Source: Phototrophicaceae bacterium (GTDB taxonomy: Bacteria > Chloroflexota > Anaerolineae > Aggregatilineales > Phototrophicaceae). Taken from it: a stretch of 64,000 bases of DNA. The stretch lies in contig OZ220689.1 in assembly GCA_965116425.1 (NCBI GenBank), positions 2,280,134 through 2,344,133 of the forward strand, read 5' to 3'. The notes beneath the pieces are model-generated. The model worked only from the letters and a program-made list of their open reading frames with translations, was not told the origin of the DNA and did not search any database. Both the position numbers and the translations under genes were made by a program. Shown in pieces: positions 1 to 10,177 of the stretch; positions within the stretch are counted from its first letter, which is position 1; the number at the start of each line of letters is the position of its first letter.

Positions 1-583
1 CGAAGACGCGCTATTAACGGTGCTGGAATTCTACGATGTCCTCGTGCAAAGGGGCCTGATAACAGCCGATGTCCTGACCTATCAGTCGGCGGCCGCCTAT
101 GCCGCCGACTTCGCCAATCAACTGGAGCGCCCGCAACTGGCCATCTTCAACGCCAGCGAATACCTCGCCATGATTGACCAACAGGCCATCAATGTTGTTG
201 CCGGCGAGATTCCGACTGCCGACGGCAACGGCTCGTCAATCCTCAATGGCTGGCTGTGGGTGATCGTGACGCCGGACCGCGGCCGACAAGCCCTTGCGGC
301 GCGCTTTCTGGAATGGATGATGGAGCCCGCCTTTCATGCCGAATTTTCGCGGGCGCTTTATCATCTGCCGTCTCAACCCGCCATACTGGACCAAAGCCTG
401 CCCCCCGCCGCCAATAGTCAATTCTTTGCAGAATTGCTGCAGAGCGCAGCGCTGCCATTGCCTGAGGGCGAAGGCGGGACCGCGCCGCGCTTGATGCAGG
501 AAGCCTTGGCGCACGTCTTGCACGGCGATCTTTCCGCGGCGGAAGCGACGCGACAGGTAGTCGAACAGCTGGCCGAGCGCTAG
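1..583 (+). CDS. ABC transporter extracellular solute-binding protein, C-terminal part (5' end upstream of window)
   Basis: The reading frame is open from nt 2 to the window edge. The listed ORF 20..583 is only its GTG-initiated tail. The C-terminal sequence (NGWLWVIVTPD..., LMQEALAHVLHGDLSAAEA) resembles sugar-type SBP C-termini. Confidence 0.55.
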   Translation, partial: EDALLTVLEFYDVLVQRGLITADVLTYQSAAAYAADFANQLERPQLAIFNASEYLAMIDQQAINVVAGEIPTADGNGSSILNGWLWVIVTPDRGRQALAARFLEWMMEPAFHAEFSRALYHLPSQPAILDQSLPPAANSQFFAELLQSAALPLPEGEGGTAPRLMQEALAHVLHGDLSAAEATRQVVEQLAER

Positions 584-1722
584 GCGACCAGCGACTTCTG
601 ATAGAAGCGATGCGTCTTGTAGATCTTGCCGCCTAGGCTCAAGCTAATCTTTATCAGCGGATTGGTTTCCAAAACCCAGCCCGAGTCAAGGTAATCATAC
701 TGTGAGGGCAGCAAAGCCTTCATCGCTTCCAGCAGCATGGCCAGCTCCACGCCCTTGTTGCGGTGCTCCTGCTTGACGCCCATCAGTGGCATGCGGACGC
801 CTCGAATCGACTTGCGAATTTTCCAGTGCCAGGCCACTTGCGCCATCGTGACGATTTCCGGCACACCCGGTCGCGGGTATGCCCGGCGCAGCGCTTCATT
901 GAAGTTGGGAATCGTCAGCGCGAATCCGACGGGTTCGTCGGCGATTTCAGCGAAAAAGGCCAACTTGGGCTCCACCAACATGCCTAAATCATCGATCAAT
1001 GCCTGCAGCTCGGCGTCATTCATGGGGATGAAGCCCCAGTTTTTTTCCCAGGCCGCGTTGTAAATCTCGCGGAAGCGCTCGAATTCGGCTTTTTTGTCCC
1101 TGGCGCGCATGCTGCGCACCGAGATTCCGCTGCGCTGCGCCGCCCGGCTGACGAGCCTTTCCAGCCGTTCCAGCGAGTCGCTGGCTGCGATCGTTTTGCG
1201 ATCCTGATAAATGCAGTGTACATCCATCACCTTTTCGAAACCGGCGCCCTCCACCAAGCCGGCATACCAAGGCGGATTGTAGGGCATCATAATCACGGGC
1301 GGGCTGAAGTTGTCAACCAGCAGGCCGCATTCTTCATTGATGGTGAAGCTGGCGGGTCCGCGAATCGCGTCCACATCCCGCGCCGCTGCCCATTCGCTGG
1401 CCGCGTCCAGCAACCCGCCAGAAACTTCTGGATCGTCGACAGATTCAAACAAGCCAAAGAAGCCGATATTCTCGTCATGAAAACGATTATGTTCATGGTT
1501 AACAAAGGCAACGATCGTCCCCGCCATCACGCCGTCGCGCCAGGCGGCGAAGAACTCGCCATCCATGTAGGCCCAGGCCGGATGTTTGGATTTATCCAGC
1601 AATTGACGGCGCATGGAAAGCAGGGGTGGCGCCCAATTGGGATCATCAGCGTAATGGCGCCAGGGGAATTGAAAGAACTCGCTGAAGTCCTTGCGATTGC
1701 CGAGCGGTCGTATATCCAACAA
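580..1722 (-). CDS. GNAT-related N-acetyltransferase family protein (~380 aa)
   Basis: ORF 580..1851 has an acetyl-CoA-pocket-like segment (LMGVKQEHRNKGVELAML). The first 43 listed codons overlap tRNA-Asn on the other strand, so I moved the start to TTG at 1722. The exact start is uncertain. Confidence 0.55.
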   Translation of the reverse strand: MLDIRPLGNRKDFSEFFQFPWRHYADDPNWAPPLLSMRRQLLDKSKHPAWAYMDGEFFAAWRDGVMAGTIVAFVNHEHNRFHDENIGFFGLFESVDDPEVSGGLLDAASEWAAARDVDAIRGPASFTINEECGLLVDNFSPPVIMMPYNPPWYAGLVEGAGFEKVMDVHCIYQDRKTIAASDSLERLERLVSRAAQRSGISVRSMRARDKKAEFERFREIYNAAWEKNWGFIPMNDAELQALIDDLGMLVEPKLAFFAEIADEPVGFALTIPNFNEALRRAYPRPGVPEIVTMAQVAWHWKIRKSIRGVRMPLMGVKQEHRNKGVELAMLLEAMKALLPSQYDYLDSGWVLETNPLIKISLSLGGKIYKTHRFYQKSLVA

Positions 1723-1824
1723 GATGAAGCCTGCCCTTGGAATGTCTCTACAAGCGACAGCAAACGATTGCCGTAAATTATCTTGACAGCGTCCTATCAC
1801 GCTGATAGTATAGCAGTACTTTAT

Positions 1825-1897
1825 TCCGTAGTAGCTCAATTGGCAGAGCAATCGGCTGTTAACCGATCGGTTCTTGGTTCAAGTCCAAGCTACGGAG
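1825..1897 (+). tRNA. tRNA-Asn (anticodon GTT)
   Basis: Hand-folded 73-nt cloverleaf. Acceptor TCCGTAG/CTACGGA, D-stem GCTC/GAGC, anticodon stem ATCGG/CCGAT with loop CTGTTAA, T-stem CTTGG/CCAAG with loop TTCAAGT, discriminator G. No encoded CCA. Confidence 0.9.
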
Positions 1898-1905
1898 CCT
1901 CTTTG

Positions 1906-1935
1906 ATGCCCCTTCAACAGGGGCATTTGCATTTG
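1906..1935 (+). terminator. Putative intrinsic terminator after tRNA-Asn
   Basis: Hairpin ATGCCCCT-tcaac-AGGGGCAT followed by TTGCATTTGC, immediately 3' of the tRNA. Confidence 0.45.
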
Positions 1936-1989
1936 CGGTAGCTAACACAATTCAAATACTGCCGACCGCTGAACGATAGGGCGTAGGTT

Positions 1990-2964
1990 TTGCCACATTC
2001 AATTATCGACAGAAGCAAGACATCTTCGAGCGACATATTGGAACAAGCCCAAGGTTGTCTGCTCGGGCAGCTCGCCGGTGACGCGCTGGGGAGCCTGGTT
2101 GAGTTTCAGACCCCGGAACAGATTCTTAGGAATTATCCCGACGATGTAAGAGACCTCGCTGACGGCGGAACCTGGCGGACGATCGCCGGTCAACCGACCG
2201 ACGATTCCGAGATGGCCTTGATGCTGGCCCGCTCTCTGGTCGATCAGGGACGCTATGATCGCGAGGCAGCCCGGCGAGCCTACATCTTCTGGCTGGATTC
2301 CGGGCCCTTTGATTGCGGCTACACTGTTAAAAGCGGTCTCCAGGGGCGTCACAATCACGCAAGCCAGGCAAATGGCGCAATGATGCGGATCAGTCCCCTC
2401 GGTGTATTTGGCGCCAACTACGATTTAGAGCAGGTAGCCGAGTGGGCGCGACAAGATGCCGCGATCACCCATATACATCCGGTCTGTCAAGACGCCAACG
2501 CCTTGTTCGCAATGGCGATCGCCCATGCGCTCCGCAGTGGCTGCGATGCGCGAGCTTTGTACGAGCAAATCGTGTATTGGGCTCTAGAAGCGCAAGTGGA
2601 CGAGACCCTCTACGCCGCGGTGGCTGGCGCAGCCGAAGCGCCGCCCGCCGATTTCGTCTCCCAGGCAGGCTGGGTGCTGATCGGCTTCCAAAACGCGCTT
2701 TGGCAACTCCTCCATGCCAGAGACCCTGAGCACGCGATAATCGACACGGTAATGCGCGGTGGAGATACCGACACCAACGCCGCCATCACTGGCGCGCTAT
2801 TGGGCGCCGTTTGGGGACTGAAATCGATTCCGGATCGATGGGCTGAGCGCATTCTCAATTGCCGCCCCCAGGACGGACTGCCTCATGTTTTTCGTCCTCG
2901 CCCTGAGTGTTTCTGGCCGGTAGACGCATTGGAATTGGCTGAGCGTCTTATCGGCGCAGCTTAG
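1990..2964 (+). CDS. ADP-ribosylglycohydrolase family protein
   Basis: 324-aa ORF with a TTG start. Family hallmarks are GDALGSLVEF, TDDSEMAL and GGDTDTNAAITGALLGA. Confidence 0.85.
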   Translation: MPHSIIDRSKTSSSDILEQAQGCLLGQLAGDALGSLVEFQTPEQILRNYPDDVRDLADGGTWRTIAGQPTDDSEMALMLARSLVDQGRYDREAARRAYIFWLDSGPFDCGYTVKSGLQGRHNHASQANGAMMRISPLGVFGANYDLEQVAEWARQDAAITHIHPVCQDANALFAMAIAHALRSGCDARALYEQIVYWALEAQVDETLYAAVAGAAEAPPADFVSQAGWVLIGFQNALWQLLHARDPEHAIIDTVMRGGDTDTNAAITGALLGAVWGLKSIPDRWAERILNCRPQDGLPHVFRPRPECFWPVDALELAERLIGAA

Positions 2965-3728
2965 CTATTCAACTCATGTATTAGCCGCAGACCATCCAGC
3001 GTCAGCTCGGGCGCGACATAATCTATCAGCGCCACATGTTCTTTGAAGGCCGGCGCCATCCCGCCGGTAGCGATTACCTTGGTCGCCGAAGAATCGATCT
3101 GCTCCAAAATACGCCCCAGCAGCGCATCGATCATGCCGACATAACCCCAAAATATGCCCGACTGCATGGCATGAATGGTATTGCGCCCGATGGGTTTCGG
3201 CGGCGGAACCAGGTCGACTTTGTGCAACTGCGCGGCGCGGCTGACCAGCGCGTCATGAGCCAGCCGGATGCCCGGCGCGATCACGCCGCCAATGTACTCG
3301 TTGTCCGCCGAAAGTACGTCAAAGTTGGTCGACGTGCCAAAGTCGACGCTGACCGCGGGCGCGCCAAAGAGCTGCGACAGCGCCACGGCATTGCAAAGCC
3401 GATCGGCGCCCGCCTGCTCCGGCATGTCGATGGCAACCTTGACGCCCAGACGGCTTCTGCTGCTCACCGTCAGCGGCTCCAGCTTCAAGTAGCGCCGCGC
3501 CAAGTCTTGAAATGTTATCGTCAGCGCGGGCACGACGCTGCTCAGGCAGATCGCCGATATCGACTGGAAATCGACCCCTGCCGTATCCAGAAAGTTGCGC
3601 GCCAGGACAGCGTATTCGTCGGTCATCTTCTGCGCGACCGTCCGCGCCCGCCAGGAGAGACGCCAGGCGCCCCCATCCCACAGGCCCAGATGGATATTGG
3701 TATTGCCAATGTCGATTGCCAGAAGCAT
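2961..3728 (-). CDS. coaX: Type III pantothenate kinase
   Basis: Internal ATG gives MLLAIDIGNTNIHLGLW..., a typical CoaX N-terminus, plus GTSTNFD and ATGG motifs. The 30 upstream codons of the listed ORF are Arg/Pro-rich and probably not coding. Confidence 0.85.
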   Translation of the reverse strand: MLLAIDIGNTNIHLGLWDGGAWRLSWRARTVAQKMTDEYAVLARNFLDTAGVDFQSISAICLSSVVPALTITFQDLARRYLKLEPLTVSSRSRLGVKVAIDMPEQAGADRLCNAVALSQLFGAPAVSVDFGTSTNFDVLSADNEYIGGVIAPGIRLAHDALVSRAAQLHKVDLVPPPKPIGRNTIHAMQSGIFWGYVGMIDALLGRILEQIDSSATKVIATGGMAPAFKEHVALIDYVAPELTLDGLRLIHELNS

Positions 3729-3880
3729 AGCCTGCTCCGATTCAGCGGCGTCAATCCGATTGCGCTGGCGGCGCCGCTGCGGAATCCAAAGGGCCGGACC
3801 GCATGCCGACGGCGGCACTGCGCTATAATATGGTAGATTCTGAACCGATAGGGCGCAACCGTTGCGGCAGAGGTTATGTC

Positions 3881-4816
3881 ATGTTGGTACGCCAGGCCAC
3901 CATTGACGATACGCAAAAAATTGTGGATTTGTTCGCCTCTCGCGTGACCATATGGCAGCGACTGAACGCGCTTGGTCAAGTTGAGAACCTTCCCTACGCT
4001 GATCTGACGATTTATGAACGCTGGCTGCATGGCGGCGCCTGGCTGTCGCTGGAAACTGGCGCCATCTGGCTGAGTCATCTCTTGAGCGGCAACGGCTTGG
4101 CCTATGTGGTGGACGATCATGGCCGGATACTCGCTTACGCCGAAGCCTTCTACAATCGCGAGCTGACACCCTTAGGCACACATCTTCATGTCGCGGACTT
4201 GCAGGTCGCCGAGGGTTGCGCAGACGAAACGCATTTGCTGCTAGCCGACACCATCCTGGTTGACGCGCGCGCACCCGGCCAGCTGTCGGTCGATTACCCG
4301 GCCTATGACCAGGACGCGTCAACTTACTATCGCAAATACTTTGGCACGGCGGAGGAATCGCGGCTGACGCGTTACGCCATGCAGGCGCAGATCGGCCAGA
4401 GCTTTTATAAGAGCCAAGACTTCGACAAAACGGATGCCAGCCTGATCGACGGCTGGGCGCTGGCGGTCGGGCGCTGGACCAGCCCGCGCGCGCTCTGGGA
4501 GAGCGAATGGATCGAACACTGGCGCGGCATTCCGCAGATCATCGAGCGCAAGAAACACCGCCATTATGTCAACGCCTCGGGCCATGAAGCCTTCGTCTGT
4601 TTCCATCAGCAGCTTTACAATGAGCGCAATGCCGAGGTCTACTGTTGGTCTCCGCGCAACCTTAGCACCCAACTGCTGGTGGCCATCCGCGATATGGGGC
4701 ACCGGCATGGCTTTCGCGTGCTGACGCTGGCCTTGCCCGGCTCTTCCGCCAAGCTCTTGCCGCCCGATACCACCGCCGACCCCAACGAGCAGGTGATCGC
4801 CACGGTCAAGGTCTAA
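3881..4816 (+). CDS. Hypothetical protein with GNAT-like N-terminus
   Basis: ATG at 3881 gives MLVRQATIDDTQKIVDLF, a GNAT-style start. No further recognisable motifs. The listed ORF begins 26 codons earlier. Confidence 0.45.
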   Translation: MLVRQATIDDTQKIVDLFASRVTIWQRLNALGQVENLPYADLTIYERWLHGGAWLSLETGAIWLSHLLSGNGLAYVVDDHGRILAYAEAFYNRELTPLGTHLHVADLQVAEGCADETHLLLADTILVDARAPGQLSVDYPAYDQDASTYYRKYFGTAEESRLTRYAMQAQIGQSFYKSQDFDKTDASLIDGWALAVGRWTSPRALWESEWIEHWRGIPQIIERKKHRHYVNASGHEAFVCFHQQLYNERNAEVYCWSPRNLSTQLLVAIRDMGHRHGFRVLTLALPGSSAKLLPPDTTADPNEQVIATVKV

Positions 4817-4918
4817 TATTTTCGCAACACCCGCCTGATCGGCAGCTGCGGCACTAGGCTGTCGGCTCGCCGCGCGATATCATGGCGGTCTCACACCTAC
4901 TCTAGCGAGGGCATCCCC

Positions 4919-6340
4919 ATGCAATCAAAAGCGGACATCGCCGATTGGGTGGACGAACATCAGACTCGATTTACGGCCATGTCGGACGAAATCTGGGACA
5001 ACCCGGAGCTGCAATTCCTGGAGTTCAAAGCGTCGAAGCTGCAAGCTGATTTCCTGGAAGCAGAGGGCTTCCGCATCACTTGGGATCTGGGCGGCATCAG
5101 CACAGCTTTCCTGGCGGAATGGGGCGATGGCCGGCCGGTCATCGCCTTCGCCGGGGAATACGACGCCCTGCCCGGATTGTCGCAGAAAGACCAGAGCCTG
5201 CGCGAGCCCATCAGCGCCGGCGACGCCGGGCACGGCTGCGGGCACAACCTGCTGGGCACAGGCTGTCTGGCGGCGGCTGTAGCCTTTAAGGAGTGGCTGC
5301 AGCGCAGCGGGCATGAGGGCACAGTCCGCTATTACGGCTGCCCAGCCGAAGAAGGCGGAAGCGGCAAGGTCTTTATGGGCCGCGATGGCGCCTTTGACGA
5401 TCTGGACGCTACTTTCAACTGGCATCCCTGGTATACCAATTCCGCCATGAAAGGCAGCTTGCTCAGCGTCAACCGCTATTACTTTCGCTTCAGGGGCAAA
5501 TCCGCCCATGCCGCCGCCGATCCCCATTCGGGCCGCTCCGCCCTTGACGCGCTGGAGCTGATGAATATAGGCGTCAATTACCTGCGCGAGCACGTCACTG
5601 ATGATGTTCGCCTGCACTATTCCATACTCAGCGGCGGGCTGGCGCCGAATGTGGTGCCGGACTACGCCGAAAGCTACTATTATGTGCGCGCCTATGAACA
5701 GCAGAACCTGGAAGACGTCAGCCAGCGCGTCATACGCATCGCCAAAGGCGCGGCCATGATGACCGACACCGAGGTGGAAATCGTCTACAAATCGGGCTCG
5801 ACGCGCGTCCTGTCTAACGAGACGCTGGCCGACCTGCAATACGAAGTCATGCGCCGGCTGGGCGGCATCGACTTCAGCGAAGACGAGCTAGCCTACGCCG
5901 CGGAGATCAACCAGCACTTCGGCGACGCCAACGTCAAGACCTTGGTCAGCCGCTACGGCGTTGATCCTGACCGCGCTGAGCAGCCGCTGATCAGCGATGT
6001 GCTGCCCAGCGCCGACAAAGGCTACGTGTCGCCGGGCTCCTCAGATATGGGCGATATGAGTTGGCACGCGCCCTGCAGCATGCTGCAAACCGCTGCGTGG
6101 GCCAGCCGAGCGGCGGCGCATTCCTGGGGCGTAGTCGCCACCGGCCGAACGTCGATCGGGCACAAGGGCATGATGTACGCGGCCAAAGTGATGGCGCTGG
6201 CGGCGGCTGAACTGGTCTTGTCGCCGGAATTACTGCAAGAGGCGCAGGCGGAATTCCGCGCCGCCGTTGAGCGGACGCCATACGTCTGCCCCATCCCGCC
6301 TGAAGTCGGCCCGCCTCAGCACGAGCATCCATTGCGCTGA
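4919..6340 (+). CDS. M20 family metallohydrolase (aminobenzoyl-glutamate hydrolase subunit B-like)
   Basis: 473 aa. Metal-ligand context GHGCGHNLLG, and overall AbgB/amidohydrolase-like layout. Confidence 0.8.
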   Translation: MQSKADIADWVDEHQTRFTAMSDEIWDNPELQFLEFKASKLQADFLEAEGFRITWDLGGISTAFLAEWGDGRPVIAFAGEYDALPGLSQKDQSLREPISAGDAGHGCGHNLLGTGCLAAAVAFKEWLQRSGHEGTVRYYGCPAEEGGSGKVFMGRDGAFDDLDATFNWHPWYTNSAMKGSLLSVNRYYFRFRGKSAHAAADPHSGRSALDALELMNIGVNYLREHVTDDVRLHYSILSGGLAPNVVPDYAESYYYVRAYEQQNLEDVSQRVIRIAKGAAMMTDTEVEIVYKSGSTRVLSNETLADLQYEVMRRLGGIDFSEDELAYAAEINQHFGDANVKTLVSRYGVDPDRAEQPLISDVLPSADKGYVSPGSSDMGDMSWHAPCSMLQTAAWASRAAAHSWGVVATGRTSIGHKGMMYAAKVMALAAAELVLSPELLQEAQAEFRAAVERTPYVCPIPPEVGPPQHEHPLR

Positions 6341-6346
6341 CAGTCC

Positions 6347-6997
6347 TTATTCGACCAGCCGCTGATCATAGCCGAGCGCGACAAGCTGCTTGAAGGCGTC
6401 CCAAACCTGGGCGGGAATCTCTTGGGGTGCTTGGAAGCCATTCTCGCCGTAGACCTTGACCCGCTGAAAATCGCCCGCGATATGCTGTATCACCGCATCA
6501 CGGGGCAGCTCTCCACTGAGGTAATCGGCGCAAGCGATTGGCGGCGAGCTCACCACCAAGTCTATGCCTCGCCACTGTTGCAGCGCGGTCGCGAGGACGC
6601 GACGCTCCATATATGGCTTCTGCACCATGATGAAGGACTGAAAATCGAAGCCGCGTGACTCCAGCAATTGCCGACTGTAGCGGATATTCTCGCCGGTATT
6701 AAGCGAGCGGTTCTCGATCAGAATGGATTCGGCCGGGACCCGAGCCGCCAGCGCCCGGCGGGCGAAAAGATCGGCTTCGGTGGCGTCCCAGAAGACGCCC
6801 AGCTCGGCATTCTGCTGAACGACTCCGCCGGAGAAGAGCAGATAAGGCGCGTAGCCCTGTTTATACAGCCTGATGGCGTAGTCGGCGACGCGGATATCAT
6901 GACTGCCGAGGACGACGATGCAATCCGCGCTGCGCAGTTCGTGCCCGACCAGCATGTAATCCCAGAGGATTTGGACGAGCGCGTTGACGTCCGCCAT
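6347..6997 (-). CDS. YdcF/DUF218 family protein
   Basis: 216 aa. CIVVLGSHDIRVADYAIRLYKQGYAPYLLFSGG and SLNTGENI are typical of DUF218. Confidence 0.75.
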   Translation of the reverse strand: MADVNALVQILWDYMLVGHELRSADCIVVLGSHDIRVADYAIRLYKQGYAPYLLFSGGVVQQNAELGVFWDATEADLFARRALAARVPAESILIENRSLNTGENIRYSRQLLESRGFDFQSFIMVQKPYMERRVLATALQQWRGIDLVVSSPPIACADYLSGELPRDAVIQHIAGDFQRVKVYGENGFQAPQEIPAQVWDAFKQLVALGYDQRLVE

Positions 6998-7020
6998 GCT
7001 TGCTTCGGTAAGTGGCCTCT

Positions 7021-7611
7021 TTACGATGGGAAAATATCGGCCACGCGGATTTCGAATCCGGGCAGGACGTTGTCGCCGGACAGCGTATCGCCTGCTTCCA
7101 ATGTATTGACTCCGCTGCTTGTGTATACGTCCACGATCCGCAAATCGGGATAGACAATCCAGATCATGGAGGCGCCGGCCTCTAGCAGTTGTCGAACCTT
7201 CAAGCGGATATCGGCTGCTTCGTTGCTTGGTGAAATCACCTCAACAGCCAGATCAGGCATAATTATCATTGCTTGGCGAGGCAGAGGCAGCGGAGCGCGA
7301 GACTTACTCAAATATGTCAGATCGAGACCACGGACGGTATCCTTGCCTTCCTGGTTTCGCTCCACAACATAGGGTACATCACCAACTGCAACTCGTCCGA
7401 GATCATTTTCATAAACGTACGTGGCGAGCCTGGCATGCAGTCGAGACAGAATTTCAGCGTGTTCCGGGTTTGGCAGCGACATCTCGACGATTGCTCCTCC
7501 CACGAGTTCAAAAACACGATCGTCATCTTCAATCTGATCGACATAATCGAGAAACATATCTGCGCTGATTAATTGTCGTTCCAAAACCATATCAGTAAGT
7601 GTCCTTATCAT
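7021..7611 (-). CDS. Uma2 family endonuclease
   Basis: 196 aa. FELVGGAIVEMSLPNPEHAEI and PDLAVEVISPSN match the Uma2/DUF820 pattern. Confidence 0.8.
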   Translation of the reverse strand: MIRTLTDMVLERQLISADMFLDYVDQIEDDDRVFELVGGAIVEMSLPNPEHAEILSRLHARLATYVYENDLGRVAVGDVPYVVERNQEGKDTVRGLDLTYLSKSRAPLPLPRQAMIIMPDLAVEVISPSNEAADIRLKVRQLLEAGASMIWIVYPDLRIVDVYTSSGVNTLEAGDTLSGDNVLPGFEIRVADIFPS

Positions 7612-7620
7612 GGCGAGGCG

Positions 7621-8256
7621 CTAGAGCAACTTCATTGTACCCGAATCGCCCGCTGATATAAACTGTTTCAAAACTTGGAAGTCTTCCTCCAGCGTATCTC
7701 GCTGGCTTGCGTTGTAGAGCGCGGCGGCAGGGTGATAAAGCGGCACGACGGAAGCTCTGCCATACGCCGTGCGTACTTTGATGACCGTGCCGTGCAACTG
7801 GCTGATCTTCTGATTCGCTTGGAACGCGCCGAAGCGCCGCAATATGAACTCCATGGAGAAGCGGCCGAGGGTGGCAATCACCTTGGGCTGGATGATGCCA
7901 ATCTGCCGCTCTAGAAAGGGCGCGTACAAGTCGATTTCGGTCTTGAGCGGATCGCGATTATTGGGCGGACGGTCTTTGACGATGTTGGTCACGTAGACGT
8001 CCGGGCGCTCCAACTGGATGGACGCGAGCAATTCGTCCAAAATGCGCCCCGATGCGCCACAAAAAGGACGGCCGGTCTCCGCTTCATTCTTGCCCGGCGC
8101 TTCGCCGATGAACATGATGTCGGCGTAGTGGTCTCCCTGTCCGATCACCGGAAAATAGCCGTTGCGCTGGCGATAGTCGTAGAGCGGCGATTCCTTGAGA
8201 TTGACCAGCTCGTCTCGAATGGCGCGCAGCTGTTCGGTCCGGTCAGTCGACATCAT
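7621..8256 (-). CDS. Uracil-DNA glycosylase, family 4
   Basis: MFIGEAPGKNEAETGRPFCGASGRILDELL is the family-4 UDG signature. Start placed at the ATGATG at 8256-8251. Confidence 0.85.
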   Translation of the reverse strand: MMSTDRTEQLRAIRDELVNLKESPLYDYRQRNGYFPVIGQGDHYADIMFIGEAPGKNEAETGRPFCGASGRILDELLASIQLERPDVYVTNIVKDRPPNNRDPLKTEIDLYAPFLERQIGIIQPKVIATLGRFSMEFILRRFGAFQANQKISQLHGTVIKVRTAYGRASVVPLYHPAAALYNASQRDTLEEDFQVLKQFISAGDSGTMKLL

Positions 8257-8363
8257 TGACCTCGCTCTCTCCCCTTGAATTAGCCGTAGTCTAGCACATA
8301 GGCGGCGGCAATCGAAAGCAAATGCGCTCGCTGCCATATCCCTGCCAGCTTAGCCGGCAACGC

Positions 8364-9020
8364 TCATCTTAAGCTGTTGGCGCCATCGCAGAACAGGTCG
8401 CGGGCTTTGCGCAAGAGACGGCGCAAGGCAGCGTCGATTTCGTCGCCCATAGCGAGCGCCTCAGCGAAGCTCAGCCAGCGGAATTGCGTCGATTCGCCCG
8501 TGGCCGGCGAAAGCGCGCAAGGCTGGCTCGTCACCAGGACGTAGCGGAAATCCAAATGCAGGTGCTCGGGTTGGTCGCCACTCTGAGGGATGGCATGCAC
8601 GTCAACATCAATTGGCGCGACCGCGTCGATTGCGGGATGAAAGCGCAAATCGGGCAAGCCGGTTTCCTCGCGCGCCTCGCGCAAGGCTGCTTGCGCGATA
8701 TCGCTGTCGTCTTCCAGGTGGCCGCCAACCTGCAGCCAACGACCCAAGTGCTTGTGATGATGGAGCAGGGTCCGGCATGACTCCAGTTCGACGATGACTG
8801 CGGAGGCGGTGACATGCCCCAGCTCGCGGTTGCGGCTGAAAATATTGGCCTGCGCCGCGATCAGCGACTGGATGCGGCGAATGTCGCGCGCTTCCTTCTC
8901 GTCGGCGGGCTTGTGCGCAGCCAGCAGGCCCAGCGCCGCTGCCCGCGCCTGCGCCAGCGTTTCCCGACTGGATTGTGAGGACCTGTCGGCAGAGCTCGGC
9001 AAGCGGATGCGGCGTGACAT
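8364..9020 (-). CDS. NUDIX hydrolase
   Basis: Nudix box GGHLEDDSDIAQAALREAREETGL. Confidence 0.75.
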   Translation of the reverse strand: MSRRIRLPSSADRSSQSSRETLAQARAAALGLLAAHKPADEKEARDIRRIQSLIAAQANIFSRNRELGHVTASAVIVELESCRTLLHHHKHLGRWLQVGGHLEDDSDIAQAALREAREETGLPDLRFHPAIDAVAPIDVDVHAIPQSGDQPEHLHLDFRYVLVTSQPCALSPATGESTQFRWLSFAEALAMGDEIDAALRRLLRKARDLFCDGANSLR

Positions 9021-9038
9021 GGCGGTAAATTCGCTCGC

Positions 9039-10169
9039 TTAGTTGGCGCGCCCGTTCACGGCGGCAAGCAGCGCGGCGCCATAAGTCTTGCGGCGCCAGG
9101 GACCCAGGCCGCGAATGCCGTCGAGTTCGTCGGGCGAGGCAGGTTTGCGGCGGGCGATGGCCCAGAGCGCGTCTTTGCTGATGATGACATCCGATTCGAC
9201 GCCGCGCGCCTGAGCCGTATCGCGGCGCCAGCTGTGCAGCGCGCTGTAGCGATCGACGACCTGTTGCGGGATGGTCTCCTGCTCGGGTGCGACGTAATCG
9301 ACGCGGCTGGCCTTGCCATGTTGAATGGCCTGGATGAATTCGTCGCCGCTTTGGCGGATCAGCCAAGCCGGCAGGCCGCGCACATCGTAGAGCTGCTTGA
9401 CCGACCGCGGCGGCGACTTGACCAATTGCAGCAGCGCCTTGTTGGAGATAAGTTGGTGTGGTGGGCGATCGACCGATTGCGCCAATTCATCGCGCAGGAT
9501 GTAGAGTTCGCGCAAGATAGCGACCTGCCGCCCGTTGAGCGAGTTGGGGCGGCAGAGCGCCCAGAAACCTTCGGGATCAAATTCGCCCGATTTCAGCTCG
9601 AAGCGGGTGACATCGACGAAGTATTCGCGGGCTTCTTCGAGACGGCTCGCAGCTTGAAGTTCGGCGTAGAGGGCATCACGCAGGGCCAGCAAGTGGTGAG
9701 TATCCATTTGCGCGTAACGGCGAAAGCCTTCAGGCAGTGGTCGGCGCGCCCAATCGTCCGTCTGGTGCTTCTTGCTGTGCGCGACACCCAGCAGGTCTTC
9801 CAGCATATTGCCCAAGCCGATGCGCTGGTAACCGCAGACGCGCGCGGCCGCCATGGTATCGAAGATGTTGAGCACATCGAAGTCGAAGTCGCGCTTGAGG
9901 CAGATCAGGTCGAACTCGGCGGCGTGGAAGACCTTCTCGATGGCGGGATCGGCCAAGACCGGGGCGAGCGCGCTGACATCGGCGAGGGCGAGCGTGTCGA
10001 TGAGCAAGTCTTCGCGCGGCGTGGAGAATTGGATGAGGCAGGTGCGGCCGCGGTAGGCGTGCATGCTGTTGGACTCGGTATCGCAGGCGATGCGCGCTTC
10101 GGCGCTGAGGCGTACTACGGCGGCGTCAAGCGCGGCCTTGGTCTCAATATACGTAGCGGGGGCGAGCAT
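9039..10169 (-). CDS. rnd: Ribonuclease D-like 3'-5' exonuclease with HRDC domain
   Basis: DEDDy exonuclease motifs (IACDTESNS, HAAEFDL, YAQMDTHHLL) plus a C-terminal HRDC-like region. ATG at 10169 preferred over the listed TTG at 10187. Confidence 0.8.
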   Translation of the reverse strand: MLAPATYIETKAALDAAVVRLSAEARIACDTESNSMHAYRGRTCLIQFSTPREDLLIDTLALADVSALAPVLADPAIEKVFHAAEFDLICLKRDFDFDVLNIFDTMAAARVCGYQRIGLGNMLEDLLGVAHSKKHQTDDWARRPLPEGFRRYAQMDTHHLLALRDALYAELQAASRLEEAREYFVDVTRFELKSGEFDPEGFWALCRPNSLNGRQVAILRELYILRDELAQSVDRPPHQLISNKALLQLVKSPPRSVKQLYDVRGLPAWLIRQSGDEFIQAIQHGKASRVDYVAPEQETIPQQVVDRYSALHSWRRDTAQARGVESDVIISKDALWAIARRKPASPDELDGIRGLGPWRRKTYGAALLAAVNGRAN

Positions 10170-10177
10170 AGACCGTG

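Noticed and set aside
1723-1851. N-terminal extension of ORF 580..1851 (MLCQLSYYGIKYCYTISV...).
   Set aside because: It overlaps tRNA-Asn (1825-1897) on the opposite strand. The Cys/Tyr-rich peptide is just the tRNA complement translated.
1845-1855. An 11-nt identity (CAGAGCAATCG) between tRNA-Asn (D-arm to anticodon stem) and the first 11 nt of the ISAs1/MITE terminal repeat, which might hint at a tRNA-derived element or a tRNA-targeting site.
   Set aside because: The match does not extend further apart from a nearby TTAACC. The elements have no cloverleaf potential, and none of the three insertions is at a tRNA. By rough estimate an 11-mer coincidence in 64 kb on two strands has a probability of a few percent. 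I keep it only as a curiosity.
8608-9366. 252-aa Arg/Pro/Gly-rich minus-strand ORF spanning the Nudix / RNase D boundary.
   Set aside because: It is an out-of-frame overlap with two well-supported same-strand genes. The extreme Arg/Pro/Ala content is typical of an alternative frame in GC-rich DNA.
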